Part shown: positions 31,308 to 41,585 of the stretch, piece by piece
Numbering within the stretch: the stretch's first letter is position 1
Layout: each line of letters begins with the position of its first letter
Assembly (NCBI GenBank): GCA_017629985.1
Contig: JAGBWD010000012.1
Location: 1,843 to 65,842, forward strand
DNA length: 64,000 bases
DNA from: Alistipes sp.
GTDB lineage: Bacteria > Bacteroidota > Bacteroidia > Bacteroidales > Rikenellaceae
Direction: 5' to 3'
Translations under genes and position numbers: made by a program
The notes under the pieces: generated by a model
What the model saw: the letters and a program-made list of their open reading frames with translations, nothing else
Told to the model about the DNA's origin: nothing
Database searches by the model: none

Positions 31308-31455
31308 AAAGTGTATTTTGTCGTTACGCTTGCCCTCAAAATGCTCATTTACGCCCAGTAAACTCCGCTTTTTCGGGCTTCGCAAGCCTAAAACTACATC
31401 TTTTTATTCCCTCTCTTAAGTTATGGGGCTGGCTAAGTTACTTTTAGTCAGTCCC
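31303..31455 (-). repeat. ~160-bp palindromic MITE-like dispersed repeat, copy 3 (inverted, overlaps the mnmA stop)
   Basis: Reverse complement of copies 1 and 2; distal end shortened by about 7 bp. Confidence 0.9.
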
Positions 31456-31620
31456 ATTTTTTATAATAAAATTAGCGATTTAGCCCACTTTTTGATTGTA
31501 TAATTATTGCTTTTTAAAAAAATATTATTTACTTTTGTAAGCTATTAGGTGTCAAAGCCCTTGATAGCACTACATATTTACAAGATATTATCATTTTAAC
31601 TAATTATAAAATAGACAATT

Positions 31621-34347
31621 ATGGCAGATGTAAAACGTGTCTACACCTTCGGCAACAAAGAGGCAGAGGGTAATGGCAAGATGCGAGAGTTGCTTGGCGG
31701 TAAGGGTGCTAACCTTGCCGAGATGAACTTGATTGGTATCCCTGTACCTCCAGGATTCACCATCACAACTGATGTATGCTCGGAGTATTACGCACAGGGC
31801 AAGGAGAAGGTTATCGAGATGTTGCGCCCAGAGGTTGAGGCAGCTATCAAGAATATCGAGAACCTCACAGGTCGTAAGTTTAACGATGTAAACCTTCCAC
31901 TTCTTGTATCAGTACGTTCAGGTGCTCGTGCTTCAATGCCAGGTATGATGGATACTATCCTTAACCTTGGTATGAACGATGAGGCTGTTGAGGCTATGGC
32001 AAAGCTCTCTGGTAATCCACGTTTTGCTTGGGACTCATACCGCCGTTTCGTACAGATGTACGGTGACGTAGTTCTCGATATGAAGCCACAGTCAAAGGAG
32101 GATCACGATCCATTTGAGGTAATTATCGATGCACAGAAGGAGAAGCGCGGTGTTAAGAACGACACTGACCTCACTACCGAGGATTTGAAGGAGCTTGTTG
32201 TAGAGTTCAAGAAGGCTATCAAGGCACAGACAGGCAAGGAGTTCCCAACAAGTGCATGGGATCAGCTTTGGGGTGCTATCTGCGCGGTATTTGGCTCATG
32301 GATGAACGAGCGTGCTATCCTCTATCGTAAGCTCAACAACATTCCAGAGGCATGGGGTACAGCAGTATCAGTACAGGCCATGGTATTTGGTAACATGGGT
32401 GAGAACTCTGCAACTGGTGTAGCATTCTCTCGTGATGCAGCAACTGGTGAGAACATCTTCAACGGTGAGTATCTTATCAATGCACAGGGTGAGGATGTTG
32501 TAGCAGGTATCCGTACTCCACAGCAGATTACTATCGAGGGTTCAAAGCGTTGGGCTGCAGCACAGAACATCTCTGAGGAGGAGCGTAAGGCGAAGTATCC
32601 TTCATTGGAGGAGGTTATGCCAGAGGTATATGCAGAGCTTAACGGCATCCAGAAGCACCTTGAGACATACTTTACAGATATGCAGGATATCGAGTTCACA
32701 ATCCAGGATGGTAAGCTTTGGATGTTGCAGTGCCGTAACGGTAAGCGTACTGGTGCAGCGATGGTGAAGATTGCTATGGATATGCTTCGCGAGGGTCTTA
32801 TCGATGAGAAGACTGCAGTATTGCGCTGCGAGCCAGAGAAGCTTGATGAGTTGCTCCACCCTGTATTCGACAAGAAGGCTATCAAGAGTGCAAAGGTTAT
32901 CGTAAAGGGTCTTCCAGCATCTCCAGGTGCTGCAACAGGTCCTGTGGTATTCTTCGCTGACGATGCAGAGAAGGTTCTCAACGAGACTGGCCAGAAGGCT
33001 ATCTTGGTTCGTATCGAGACCTCTCCAGAGGATTTGAAGGGTATGTTGGATGCAGCAGGTATCCTCACAGCACGTGGTGGTATGACATCTCACGCAGCCG
33101 TTGTTGCTCGTGGTATGGGTAAGTGCTGCGTATCAGGTGCTGGTGAGCTTGAGATCGACTATAAGGCTCGCACTATCAAGGTTAATGGCTTTGAGATTAA
33201 GGAGGGTGACTGGATCTCATTGAACGGTTCTACAGGTGAGGTTTACCTTGGTCAGGTAGCTACACAGGCTGCAAACCTCGATGGTGACTTCGGTCAGCTT
33301 ATGGAGCTTGCAGGCAAGTATTCAAAGATGAATGTTCGTGCTAATGCCGACACTCCACGCGATGCAGAGCAGGCATTTGCATTTGGCGCACAGGGTATCG
33401 GTCTTTGCCGTACAGAGCATATGTTCTTCGAGGGTGATCGTATCAAGGCTATCCGCGAGATGATTCTCTCTGACGATGAGGCAGGCCGCCGTGTAGCATT
33501 GGCGAAGTTGTTGCCTATGCAGCGTGGTGACTTTGAGGGTCTCTTCAAGGTTATGAATGGCTACCCAGTTATCGTACGTCTTCTCGACCCACCATTGCAC
33601 GAGTTTGCTCCTAACACCGAGAAGGATCAGCGCGACATGGCAGAGGCTATGGGCATTCCATTCGAGAAGGTTGTAGCAAAGGTTGAGGCATTGCACGAGG
33701 TTAATCCTATGTTGGGTCACCGTGGTTGCCGTCTTGGTAACACATATCCAGAGATTACCGAGATGCAGGCTCGCGCTATCATCGAGGCAGCTATGAATGT
33801 TAAGGCTTCTGGCACACCTGTTAAGGTTGAGATCATGGTTCCACTTGTAGGTAACCACAAGGAGCTTCGCTACCAGAAGAACATCATCGACAAGACTGCC
33901 GAGGCTGTATTTGCAGAGCGTAACGACCGCATCGACTACCTTGTAGGTACTATGATTGAGGTTCCACGTGCTGCTGTTACCGCTAACCAGATTGCAGAGG
34001 TTGCAGAGTTCTTCTCATTCGGTACTAACGACCTTACACAGATGACCCTTGGTTTCTCTCGTGACGATATCGCGAAGTTCTTACCTATCTACCTCGAGCG
34101 TAACATCCTCAAGGCTGATCCATTTAAGGTATTGGATCGCAACGGTGTTGGTCAGCTTGTTCGTGAGGCTGTATTCAAGGGCCGCACTACACGTCCTGAT
34201 TTGAAGTGTGGTATCTGCGGTGAGCATGGTGGCGAGCCATCATCAGTAGAGTTCTGCCACTACGCTGGCTTGAACTACGTAAGCTGCTCTCCATTCCGTG
34301 TGCCTATCGCACGTCTTGCAGCAGCACACGCAGCTCTTAACGAGTAA
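31621..34347 (+). CDS. ppdK: pyruvate, phosphate dikinase
   Basis: LGGKGANLAEM, SVRSGA..SMPGMMDT, GGMTSHAAVVARG, FGTNDLTQ, GICGEHGG. Confidence 0.98.
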   Translation: MADVKRVYTFGNKEAEGNGKMRELLGGKGANLAEMNLIGIPVPPGFTITTDVCSEYYAQGKEKVIEMLRPEVEAAIKNIENLTGRKFNDVNLPLLVSVRSGARASMPGMMDTILNLGMNDEAVEAMAKLSGNPRFAWDSYRRFVQMYGDVVLDMKPQSKEDHDPFEVIIDAQKEKRGVKNDTDLTTEDLKELVVEFKKAIKAQTGKEFPTSAWDQLWGAICAVFGSWMNERAILYRKLNNIPEAWGTAVSVQAMVFGNMGENSATGVAFSRDAATGENIFNGEYLINAQGEDVVAGIRTPQQITIEGSKRWAAAQNISEEERKAKYPSLEEVMPEVYAELNGIQKHLETYFTDMQDIEFTIQDGKLWMLQCRNGKRTGAAMVKIAMDMLREGLIDEKTAVLRCEPEKLDELLHPVFDKKAIKSAKVIVKGLPASPGAATGPVVFFADDAEKVLNETGQKAILVRIETSPEDLKGMLDAAGILTARGGMTSHAAVVARGMGKCCVSGAGELEIDYKARTIKVNGFEIKEGDWISLNGSTGEVYLGQVATQAANLDGDFGQLMELAGKYSKMNVRANADTPRDAEQAFAFGAQGIGLCRTEHMFFEGDRIKAIREMILSDDEAGRRVALAKLLPMQRGDFEGLFKVMNGYPVIVRLLDPPLHEFAPNTEKDQRDMAEAMGIPFEKVVAKVEALHEVNPMLGHRGCRLGNTYPEITEMQARAIIEAAMNVKASGTPVKVEIMVPLVGNHKELRYQKNIIDKTAEAVFAERNDRIDYLVGTMIEVPRAAVTANQIAEVAEFFSFGTNDLTQMTLGFSRDDIAKFLPIYLERNILKADPFKVLDRNGVGQLVREAVFKGRTTRPDLKCGICGEHGGEPSSVEFCHYAGLNYVSCSPFRVPIARLAAAHAALNE

Positions 34348-34367
34348 CGCATAGATATTTTTATAGT

Positions 34368-34401
34368 AGAGCCTGTTCCGCTGGAGCAGGCTCTTTTCTT
34401 T
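34368..34401 (+). terminator. intrinsic terminator of ppdK
   Basis: AGAGCCTGTTCC-gct-GGAGCAGGCTCT followed by TTTCTTT. Confidence 0.8.
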
Positions 34402-34612
34402 ATAGTATATGCAGTGTAGAGCATCTGTGATGCTGTGGAGTTACAAAATAACATTATCATAGAGCCGCAAATTTTGGCTATATATCATATAATTGATGAC
34501 AAAATGTTATTTTTTATGAAATTAATTGCAAATCGTTTGGCAGTTTCAAAAAAATGCATTAATTTAGTAGTACGAAAGGATAATTAACATTAATCTTAAT
34601 ACTTGAACAATT

Positions 34613-34858
34613 ATGATTATTACATTTAACGAATTGCGCCGCATCAAGGATAAGTTGCCCAGTGGTAGCTCGCAGCGCATAGCAGACGAATTAGGAATCG
34701 ATGTAGACACTGTACGTAACTACTTTGGTGGCAAGCACCTTGAGGCAAAGGACGGTGCTGGTATTCATATTGAGCAGGGCCCAGATGGTGGCGTAGTAAC
34801 ATTGGATGATACAGCGATTTTTGATGCTGCAATGCGCATTCTTAACGAGCAAAAATAG
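34613..34858 (+). CDS. small Bacteroidota HTH DNA-binding protein
   Basis: ITFNELRRIKDKLPSGS..RIADEL...VDTVRNYFGG. Confidence 0.8.
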   Translation: MIITFNELRRIKDKLPSGSSQRIADELGIDVDTVRNYFGGKHLEAKDGAGIHIEQGPDGGVVTLDDTAIFDAAMRILNEQK

Positions 34859-35114
34859 AGCTTTATTCTTTCAATAAGAGAAGTGGCTGTCCGACATATC
34901 TGTTGTGACAGCCACTTTTGTAATATTATCTTTGCAACGGATAAGCTCTACACCACCTCCCACTACTAATAAAGATACGATATTGGACAAGAGTAGAGAA
35001 TAGAATATCGTCATTCATCACCTCTCTAAAAGATAGTAATTAGCCTTATTTTCACATTGTTTGTTGCATTTATATTTTTTTCGTATCTTTGCACGTTATA
35101 TATACAGAACACAA

Positions 35115-35942
35115 GTGAAGTTGATTACCAACATACTCATCGAATATCTTAAGCACAACAGACGCCTTGTTGTGCCGAAGCTAGGTGCATTTATCGTAAA
35201 GCAGCCTAGTGGTGTAATACGCTTCTCGGAGCTTATACGCAACGATGATGGTGTTCTGCGCTCACTGCTCATAGCTTATGGAGCAAAGGAGATTGAGGCT
35301 TGTGGCATGATTGACCGCCTTGTTTTTGAGGTACACCATGCTATTAGTCAGGGGGATTCCTATGTTATTGAGGGACTTGGCGAGTTTTCGCCTGGCCAAA
35401 ATAACAATATAGTCTTTAGACATAAGGTTGAGCCAAAGACATTTGGCGGAAAGATAAAACCTCCTATTGAGACTTTTGAGAGGGAGAAGGTTCGAATCAT
35501 GCGAGCTATGGGAAGAGAGATAAAGCAGGATAGCTCTACAGTGAATCGCGAGACAAAACCTACTCCAAAGCCCCCAAAAGCCATAGATGAGAGCATCTCT
35601 ATAGGTAAGCCTGACGCCTACCTTCGAGGTCTGAAATATGATAAGGATAAGAGACGCCGCAAGGAGGAGCGTGGCGACACAAAGAGACGTGGAGGAGTTG
35701 GCACGATACTATCAGCACTACTTTTCACAATGCTAATCATAGGCATTGTTTGGGGAGTATGGATTTGGCGCGGTGGTGACAACAACTCTACAGTCGCTAT
35801 TACTACAAATAGCATTGTGGACACTACTGCTATGGAGAGTGCTGACACCACACTTCGTGACACCACAACAATAGAGCAGGTTAAGAGTGAGTCCGAGGAG
35901 AATACCTCCTACTCAAACAGCTATCTTAACCCCAGATTTTAA
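35115..35942 (+). CDS. HU-like (CCDC81-type) domain membrane-anchored protein
   Basis: L..HNRRLVVPKLGAF, IEGLGEF; single TM; GTG start chosen downstream of TATCTTTG (35084-35091). Confidence 0.65.
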   Translation: MKLITNILIEYLKHNRRLVVPKLGAFIVKQPSGVIRFSELIRNDDGVLRSLLIAYGAKEIEACGMIDRLVFEVHHAISQGDSYVIEGLGEFSPGQNNNIVFRHKVEPKTFGGKIKPPIETFEREKVRIMRAMGREIKQDSSTVNRETKPTPKPPKAIDESISIGKPDAYLRGLKYDKDKRRRKEERGDTKRRGGVGTILSALLFTMLIIGIVWGVWIWRGGDNNSTVAITTNSIVDTTAMESADTTLRDTTTIEQVKSESEENTSYSNSYLNPRF

Positions 35943-35959
35943 CAAGAATTGATAGAGAT

Positions 35960-37210
35960 ATGATTGTAAACGAGCCACTTATTTCGGTAAAACAACGATT
36001 CGGCATTATTGGCAATGCCGATGCGCTCAACACAGCCATAGAGGTAGCAATGCGTGTTGCTCCTACAGACCTCTCTGTTCTTGTTACAGGTGAGAGCGGT
36101 GTCGGCAAGGAGTTTTTTCCACAGATAATCCACGCATACTCGGCACGCAAGCACAACAAATATATAGCCGTAAACTGCGGTGCTATTCCCGAGGGAACTA
36201 TAGACTCCGAGCTTTTTGGCCACGAGAAGGGCTCCTTCACAGGAGCTATCGATAGCCGCAAGGGATACTTCGAGGAGGCTGATGGTGGCACCATATTTCT
36301 CGATGAGGTTGGTGAGCTACCTATATCTACTCAGGTACGACTACTCCGCGTGCTACAGACTGGAGAGTTTATGCGTGTTGGCTCGGCAAAGGTGCAGAAG
36401 ACTAATGTGCGCGTTGTCGCAGCCACAAATAACGACCTTCTGAAGGCTATTAGCGAGGGTCGTTTCCGCGAAGATTTATACTATCGTCTAAATACCGTAC
36501 CTATCTCGGTACCTGCACTACGTGAGCGCAAGGGCGACATACATCTTCTCTTCCGCAAATTTGCATCCGATGTTGCAACACAATACAACATGCCATCTAT
36601 AGTTTTAGATGAGGGCGCACGCATGCTCCTAGAGAGCTATCAGTGGCGTGGTAACATCCGCCAACTGAAAAACGTAGCCGAACAGATTTCCGCCATAGAG
36701 AAGAGCCGCGATATCACCGCGGAGATTCTACGCCGTTATCTTCCTGACGAGGAGTACTCACTACGCGCTGTAGGGGGTCCTACCAGCTACGACAACATGG
36801 CTACAGAACGTGAACTTCTATATAAGATACTCTTCGATATGCGCAATGATATCAACGAATTAAAGCGCATGATGACCGAGGCTCTTAACGGAGTGACACA
36901 GCACACCCACACACCCCAATCCCACACCCCACAGCATGAGGTTATGGGACTGCTCCCCGAGGCTACGCACCACGCCGCACCTCGCGATGATGATGACTTC
37001 GTTGTTGAGGTTGTTGATGACATCCCGTCACGTGACACCGCCACTACGCAGACATATATAACAAAGGATGATATGCAGCGTGAGCAGATTATTGAGGCTC
37101 TAAAGCGTCACAACTACAGACGCAAGGATGCTGCCCGTGACCTTTTTATCTCCGAGCGCACATTATACCGCAGGATGAAGGCTTTAGGAATTGATGATAA
37201 CACAATATAA
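35960..37210 (+). CDS. sigma54-interaction AAA+ regulator with Fis HTH, no N-terminal sensor
   Basis: [53 protein letters not shown]. Confidence 0.92.
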   Translation: MIVNEPLISVKQRFGIIGNADALNTAIEVAMRVAPTDLSVLVTGESGVGKEFFPQIIHAYSARKHNKYIAVNCGAIPEGTIDSELFGHEKGSFTGAIDSRKGYFEEADGGTIFLDEVGELPISTQVRLLRVLQTGEFMRVGSAKVQKTNVRVVAATNNDLLKAISEGRFREDLYYRLNTVPISVPALRERKGDIHLLFRKFASDVATQYNMPSIVLDEGARMLLESYQWRGNIRQLKNVAEQISAIEKSRDITAEILRRYLPDEEYSLRAVGGPTSYDNMATERELLYKILFDMRNDINELKRMMTEALNGVTQHTHTPQSHTPQHEVMGLLPEATHHAAPRDDDDFVVEVVDDIPSRDTATTQTYITKDDMQREQIIEALKRHNYRRKDAARDLFISERTLYRRMKALGIDDNTI

Positions 37211-37219
37211 GAGCTAGAT

Positions 37220-37750
37220 ATGAGACAAATTTTAAATAAGATTACTCTATTTGCCGCGGCACTATTTGCCATGGCAACATTCACAAGCTGTGGATACAAG
37301 GTTACATACAACCTTTCAGGAGGCTCCATACCCCCTGAAGCACAAACCTTCTCGGTGGCATACTTCCCTAATAACGCCCCCATGGTAGCACCTACCTTGA
37401 GTAATGTACTTACGGAGGCACTCCGCGACAAGTTCTCTCGTCAGACACGTCTTACACAGGTTGAGGAGGGTGGAGACTTCGCATTTGAGGGAGAGATTAC
37501 CAACTACACCTCAAACACCTCGTCAGTATCGAGTGGAGACTACGCATTGCAGAACCGTCTTACAATCACCGTAAAGGTAAACTTCCAAAATGCTGTAGAT
37601 CAGACAACATCGTTCAATGCCAAGAGCTTCTCGTCATACGCCGATTATGATGCTGCGCAGCTTCTTGTCGATGTGCAGGATCAGCTTATCGAGGAGATTG
37701 TTGAGGATCTTGTGAATGATATCTACATGGCTGCTGCAGGTAACTGGTAA
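37220..37750 (+). CDS. lptE: LPS assembly lipoprotein LptE family
   Basis: SPII FTSC; FPNNAP.V.PTL...TEALRDKF; conserved position upstream of secG. Confidence 0.75.
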   Translation: MRQILNKITLFAAALFAMATFTSCGYKVTYNLSGGSIPPEAQTFSVAYFPNNAPMVAPTLSNVLTEALRDKFSRQTRLTQVEEGGDFAFEGEITNYTSNTSSVSSGDYALQNRLTITVKVNFQNAVDQTTSFNAKSFSSYADYDAAQLLVDVQDQLIEEIVEDLVNDIYMAAAGNW

Positions 37751-37757
37751 TAGATAT

Positions 37758-38252
37758 ATGACATATTTTGATACTATATCACACGAAGAGCTGCAAGCCA
37801 TGGTTAGCCGATACCCGTGGTGGAGTAGCGCACGCATGGAGCTACTACGCCGCAGACTTGCTAATGGCAACGTGGGAAGCACAAGTGAGATAACCCTCAC
37901 TAGTGGAGAGGATGCCTTGATAGCACGCCTCCACCCTACTGCCACGATTCCTCTTCAGCACGTTGATATCGCTCGTCTTACGCAATTAACCCCCGATGAC
38001 CTTATTGAGCGATTCCTGAAGCGTGACGACTATCGCATTGTTGCGGAGGAGGGAAATGCCGAGGATTTGTCACACGTGGAAATTGACACCGAAGATGACC
38101 TTGTCAGCGAGGAATTGGCAGAAATATACCTAAATCAGGGGTTATATGACGATGCAATCGACACTTATCGCAAATTAAGTTTGCTAAATTCAGAAAAAAG
38201 TATTTACTTTGCGGAACTTATTGCGAGAATAGAGGATAAGAAGAATAGATAA
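37758..38252 (+). CDS. TPR-containing hypothetical protein
   Basis: SEELAEIYLNQGLYDDAIDTYRKLSL.N.EKSIYFA. Confidence 0.75.
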   Translation: MTYFDTISHEELQAMVSRYPWWSSARMELLRRRLANGNVGSTSEITLTSGEDALIARLHPTATIPLQHVDIARLTQLTPDDLIERFLKRDDYRIVAEEGNAEDLSHVEIDTEDDLVSEELAEIYLNQGLYDDAIDTYRKLSLLNSEKSIYFAELIARIEDKKNR

Positions 38253-38282
38253 TTAGAGAAAATAATTAAATTTATATAATTT

Positions 38283-38675
38283 ATGTATACATTTTGTATT
38301 GTTATGATTGTTATTGCAAGTATTTTGTTGATACTTGCAGTATTGGTACAGAGCCCAAAGAGCGGTATGGCTGCTAACTTTGGTGCTGCAAACCAGACTA
38401 TGGGTGTACGCCAGACCACAGATTTCCTTGAGAAGTTCACATGGGCTATGGTTGCTGGCATCGTATTCTTTACTCTTCTTTCTGTAATCTCATTGCCAGA
38501 GTCAAATACTCAGCAGTCTATCATCGGTACAGAGGAGATTAGCGAGACATTGAAGGAGGCTACAGAGGTTGTTGAGGAGACTGCAACTGTAGGCGAGGAT
38601 GGTCTTGTAATCGATGCTGATGCAGAGGGTGCAGAGGGCGCTACCGAGGCAGAGACATCAGAGCAGGCAGAGTAA
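38283..38675 (+). CDS. secG: preprotein translocase subunit SecG
   Basis: VLVQSPKSGMAANFG...GVRQTTDFLEKFTW; two TM helices. Confidence 0.92.
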   Translation: MYTFCIVMIVIASILLILAVLVQSPKSGMAANFGAANQTMGVRQTTDFLEKFTWAMVAGIVFFTLLSVISLPESNTQQSIIGTEEISETLKEATEVVEETATVGEDGLVIDADAEGAEGATEAETSEQAE

Positions 38676-38698
38676 TTTGTTTGTATACAACATCAAAC

Positions 38699-38733
38699 TA
38701 CCCTGCCACATTATGTGGCGGGGTATTTTTTTT
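38699..38733 (+). terminator. intrinsic terminator after secG
   Basis: TACCCTGCCACA-tta-TGTGGCGGGGTA followed by T8. Confidence 0.8.
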
Positions 38734-38766
38734 AACTTAATTTTAAAACCTTAAAACTGTAATATT

Positions 38767-38925
38767 ATGAAAAAGTACGTTTGTACAGCATGTCACTATG
38801 TTTATGATCCAGAGGTAGGTGATCCAGATAACGGTATTGCTCCAGGCACACCATTCGAGGAGCTTCCAGAGGATTACGCATGTCCATTGTGCGGTCTTGG
38901 CAAGGATGTTTTCGAGGAGGAGTAA
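38767..38925 (+). CDS. rubredoxin (52 aa, missed by the ORF track)
   Basis: [52 protein letters not shown]; two CxxC motifs. Confidence 0.95.
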   Translation: MKKYVCTACHYVYDPEVGDPDNGIAPGTPFEELPEDYACPLCGLGKDVFEEE

Positions 38926-39078
38926 TCTCTATATTGCAAATATTGGGGGTCACAACATAGGTCGTGGCCCCTATATTTATTATAGGTGTATAAATAATTT
39001 GCGTAATATATTGCAGAATTAAAAAAAAGTACTACCTTTGCACCGCATTATGCAAAAAACTAATTAATTTTTTAACGT

Positions 39079-39426
39079 ATGAACAATTACGAAACCGTTT
39101 TCATTGTCACTCCTGTCCTTTCAGACGCACAGGTAAAGGAGGTAGCTGACAAATTCCAGGGCGTAATCACCGAGAACGGCGGTCAGATTGTGAATGTGGA
39201 GAACTGGGGCTTGAAGAAGCTTGCATACCCTATTCAGAAGAAGACTACCGGTTTCTACTTCCTTGTAGAGTTCACTGGTGAGGGCTCACTTATCAACACA
39301 CTCGAGACACAGTATCGCCGTGACGAGCGTGTAATTCGTTTCTTAACTTTCAAGCAGGACAAGTTCGCTGTTGAGTATTCACAGAAGCGTCGTGCAAAGC
39401 TTGCTAACAAAACACAGGAGGAGTAA
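39079..39426 (+). CDS. rpsF: 30S ribosomal protein S6
   Basis: [28 protein letters not shown]. Confidence 0.97.
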   Translation: MNNYETVFIVTPVLSDAQVKEVADKFQGVITENGGQIVNVENWGLKKLAYPIQKKTTGFYFLVEFTGEGSLINTLETQYRRDERVIRFLTFKQDKFAVEYSQKRRAKLANKTQEE

Positions 39427-39429
39427 ACT

Positions 39430-39711
39430 ATGGCAGAGAACACACAGCAGGGTGCATCAGAGATTCGCTATCTCAACCCAGTATCAGTAGATGTTAAGAA
39501 GAAGAAGTACTGCCGTTTCAAGAAGCTCGGCATCAAGTACGTAGATTATAAGGATGGTGAGTTCTTGAAGAAGTTCCTTAACGAGCAGGGTAAGATTTTG
39601 CCACGCCGTCTCACCGGTACTTCACAGAAGTTCCAGAAGAAGGTTGCACAGGCTGTTAAGCGTGCGCGTCACCTCGCAATCCTTCCATTCGTAACCGATT
39701 GTATGAAATAA
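39430..39711 (+). CDS. rpsR: 30S ribosomal protein S18 (non-zinc form)
   Basis: [20 protein letters not shown]...[10 protein letters not shown]. Confidence 0.97.
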   Translation: MAENTQQGASEIRYLNPVSVDVKKKKYCRFKKLGIKYVDYKDGEFLKKFLNEQGKILPRRLTGTSQKFQKKVAQAVKRARHLAILPFVTDCMK

Positions 39712-39729
39712 TAAAGAGGAGGAAAGACT

Positions 39730-40167
39730 ATGGAAGTAATTCTTATCAAAGACGTAGAGAACTTGGGCTACGCAAACGACATCGTTAACGTACGTCCTGG
39801 CTATGCCAACAACTACTTGATTCCTCAGGGTTTCGCAAAGGCTGCTACAGCATCTGCAAAGAAGGTACTCGCAGAGAATCTTCGTCAGCGCGCTCACAAG
39901 GACGCAAAGATCCTTGCTGATGCACAGGCTTTGGCAGAGACTATCAACAACCTTCACCTTACACTCACTGCAAAGGCAGAGGAGGAGAAGATCTTCGGTG
40001 CTATCACCGCTGCAGACCTTGCAGCTGCACTTCTTGAGAAGGGCGTAGAGGTAGACCGCAAGAACATCACTGTAGATTCTGTTAAGACTCTTGGTGAGTT
40101 CGAGGCTGTTGCAAAGCTTCACCGTGAGGTTAAGGCAACTATCAAGTTTGCTGTTGTTGCAGAGTAA
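39730..40167 (+). CDS. rplI: 50S ribosomal protein L9
   Basis: MEVIL..DVENLG....VNVRPGYANNYLIP, FGAIT, KLHREV. Confidence 0.97.
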   Translation: MEVILIKDVENLGYANDIVNVRPGYANNYLIPQGFAKAATASAKKVLAENLRQRAHKDAKILADAQALAETINNLHLTLTAKAEEEKIFGAITAADLAAALLEKGVEVDRKNITVDSVKTLGEFEAVAKLHREVKATIKFAVVAE

Positions 40168-40207
40168 TTTATGCGATAGCATCACTATTTGAAAATAGTG
40201 TCTATAT

Positions 40208-40240
40208 AAGAGCTTGTCTTCGGACAGGCTCTTTTTTTTT
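40208..40240 (+). terminator. intrinsic terminator after rplI
   Basis: AAGAGCTTGTC-TTCG-GACAGGCTCTT followed by a T-tract. Confidence 0.85.
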
Positions 40241-40360
40241 GTTTTTCTTATGATGACGCCCCATTTCTAGCACAATAATTAATATAGATAGTTCGTTTAT
40301 TCAAAAATATTGTGTAACTTTGTGCGCTTATACGCACAAGCGAAAGAAACAGCAACTATA

Positions 40361-41182
40361 ATGAAGCCTATTTTTGGATATATACTCACCTTTGCAGCTG
40401 CAGCAATGATTGTTGCATCGTGTAGCACTGTGAACAATGCTATAAAGTCGGGTGATGCAAAGTTTGCTTACGACCAGGCCCTCATGCTATATGATAAGGG
40501 GAAGTGGGAGCAGGCATCAACGCTCTTTGAGGCTTGTAGACACGTATATATGGGATCGCCACGCGAGGATTCACTATCATATTATAATGCGCGTTGCAAG
40601 TTCAAGTCTCGCGATTATGATGTTGCTGCCACACAGCTAGATGAGTTCCGCCGCAAGTTTGGTCGTAGTGCATTTATTGAGGATGCCGAGGGTATGTATG
40701 CGCTATGCTACTACTTCATGTCACCACCTCCGGAGCGCGACCAGGCGCTAACATCCAAGGCTATCATTGCCATCACCGAGTTTATCTCTCGATATCCAGA
40801 GTCGGAGAATGTGGATGAGTTTCAGGAGATGCTTGATGAGCTATCAAAGAGGTTGATGAAGAAGAGCTACATGAATGCCTACACCTACTATAAGATTGGA
40901 CGATATAAGTCGGCGATTGTAGCATTCAAAAATGCAATTAAGCAACACCCTACATCACCCCACATCGAGGATATGATGTACTACATGACAGTTTCAGCAT
41001 ATCGACTAGCGGCAAACTCTGTAGAGTCAAAGCAGATGGATAGATATATAGCGATGCTCGATAACTACTACTCATACCTTGCAGAATATCCCGAGTCGAA
41101 GCGCCTGAATGAGCTAGAGCGCATGGCAGAGAATGCAAAGGACTACATCGACAAGCATCGCAAAACATCGGATGAGGAGTAG
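40361..41182 (+). CDS. bamD: outer membrane protein assembly factor BamD
   Basis: SPII VASC, TPR repeats, SP...RDQ..T.KAI; bamD-rpoZ-coaBC synteny. Confidence 0.88.
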   Translation: MKPIFGYILTFAAAAMIVASCSTVNNAIKSGDAKFAYDQALMLYDKGKWEQASTLFEACRHVYMGSPREDSLSYYNARCKFKSRDYDVAATQLDEFRRKFGRSAFIEDAEGMYALCYYFMSPPPERDQALTSKAIIAITEFISRYPESENVDEFQEMLDELSKRLMKKSYMNAYTYYKIGRYKSAIVAFKNAIKQHPTSPHIEDMMYYMTVSAYRLAANSVESKQMDRYIAMLDNYYSYLAEYPESKRLNELERMAENAKDYIDKHRKTSDEE

Positions 41183-41229
41183 ACGAGATTGTATAACAGA
41201 AGAATAAAAGAAATTTATACTATATAGTT

Positions 41230-41550
41230 ATGGATATTAAGAAGAACGTTCCAAACAACACCGTTACACGTAAGTTGGTAGACCTCGACACTCCAACAGG
41301 TAACATCTACGAGAGCATTAACATCATCGCACGCCGCGCAAATCAGATTGCTACGGAGCTTAAGGTGGAGCTTAATCGCAAGTTGGCAGACTTCTCTGCA
41401 CCAACAGATAGCGCTGTAGAGGAGACTTTCGAGAACCGCGAGCAGATTGAGATCTCTCGTTACTACGAGCGCTTGCCAAAGCCAGCGTTGATTGCTACAG
41501 AGGAGTTCCTTGATGGTGATCTTTACTTCCGCCACGGCGCAGAGAAGTAG
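41230..41550 (+). CDS. rpoZ: RNA polymerase omega subunit
   Basis: TGNIYESI.IIARRANQI, EEFENREQIEISRYYE.LPKP-type motif. Confidence 0.88.
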   Translation: MDIKKNVPNNTVTRKLVDLDTPTGNIYESINIIARRANQIATELKVELNRKLADFSAPTDSAVEETFENREQIEISRYYERLPKPALIATEEFLDGDLYFRHGAEK

Positions 41551-41585
41551 TATTGCAACATTGCGCAACATAATTGAGTAATAGT

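Noticed and set aside
32322-33858. Long antisense ORFs inside ppdK (similar in rplI, pheT, trkA)
   Set aside because: Expected from strong codon bias of the sense gene; no protein motifs
39430-39711. S18 lacking zinc-ribbon cysteines
   Set aside because: Normal for Bacteroidota; not novel
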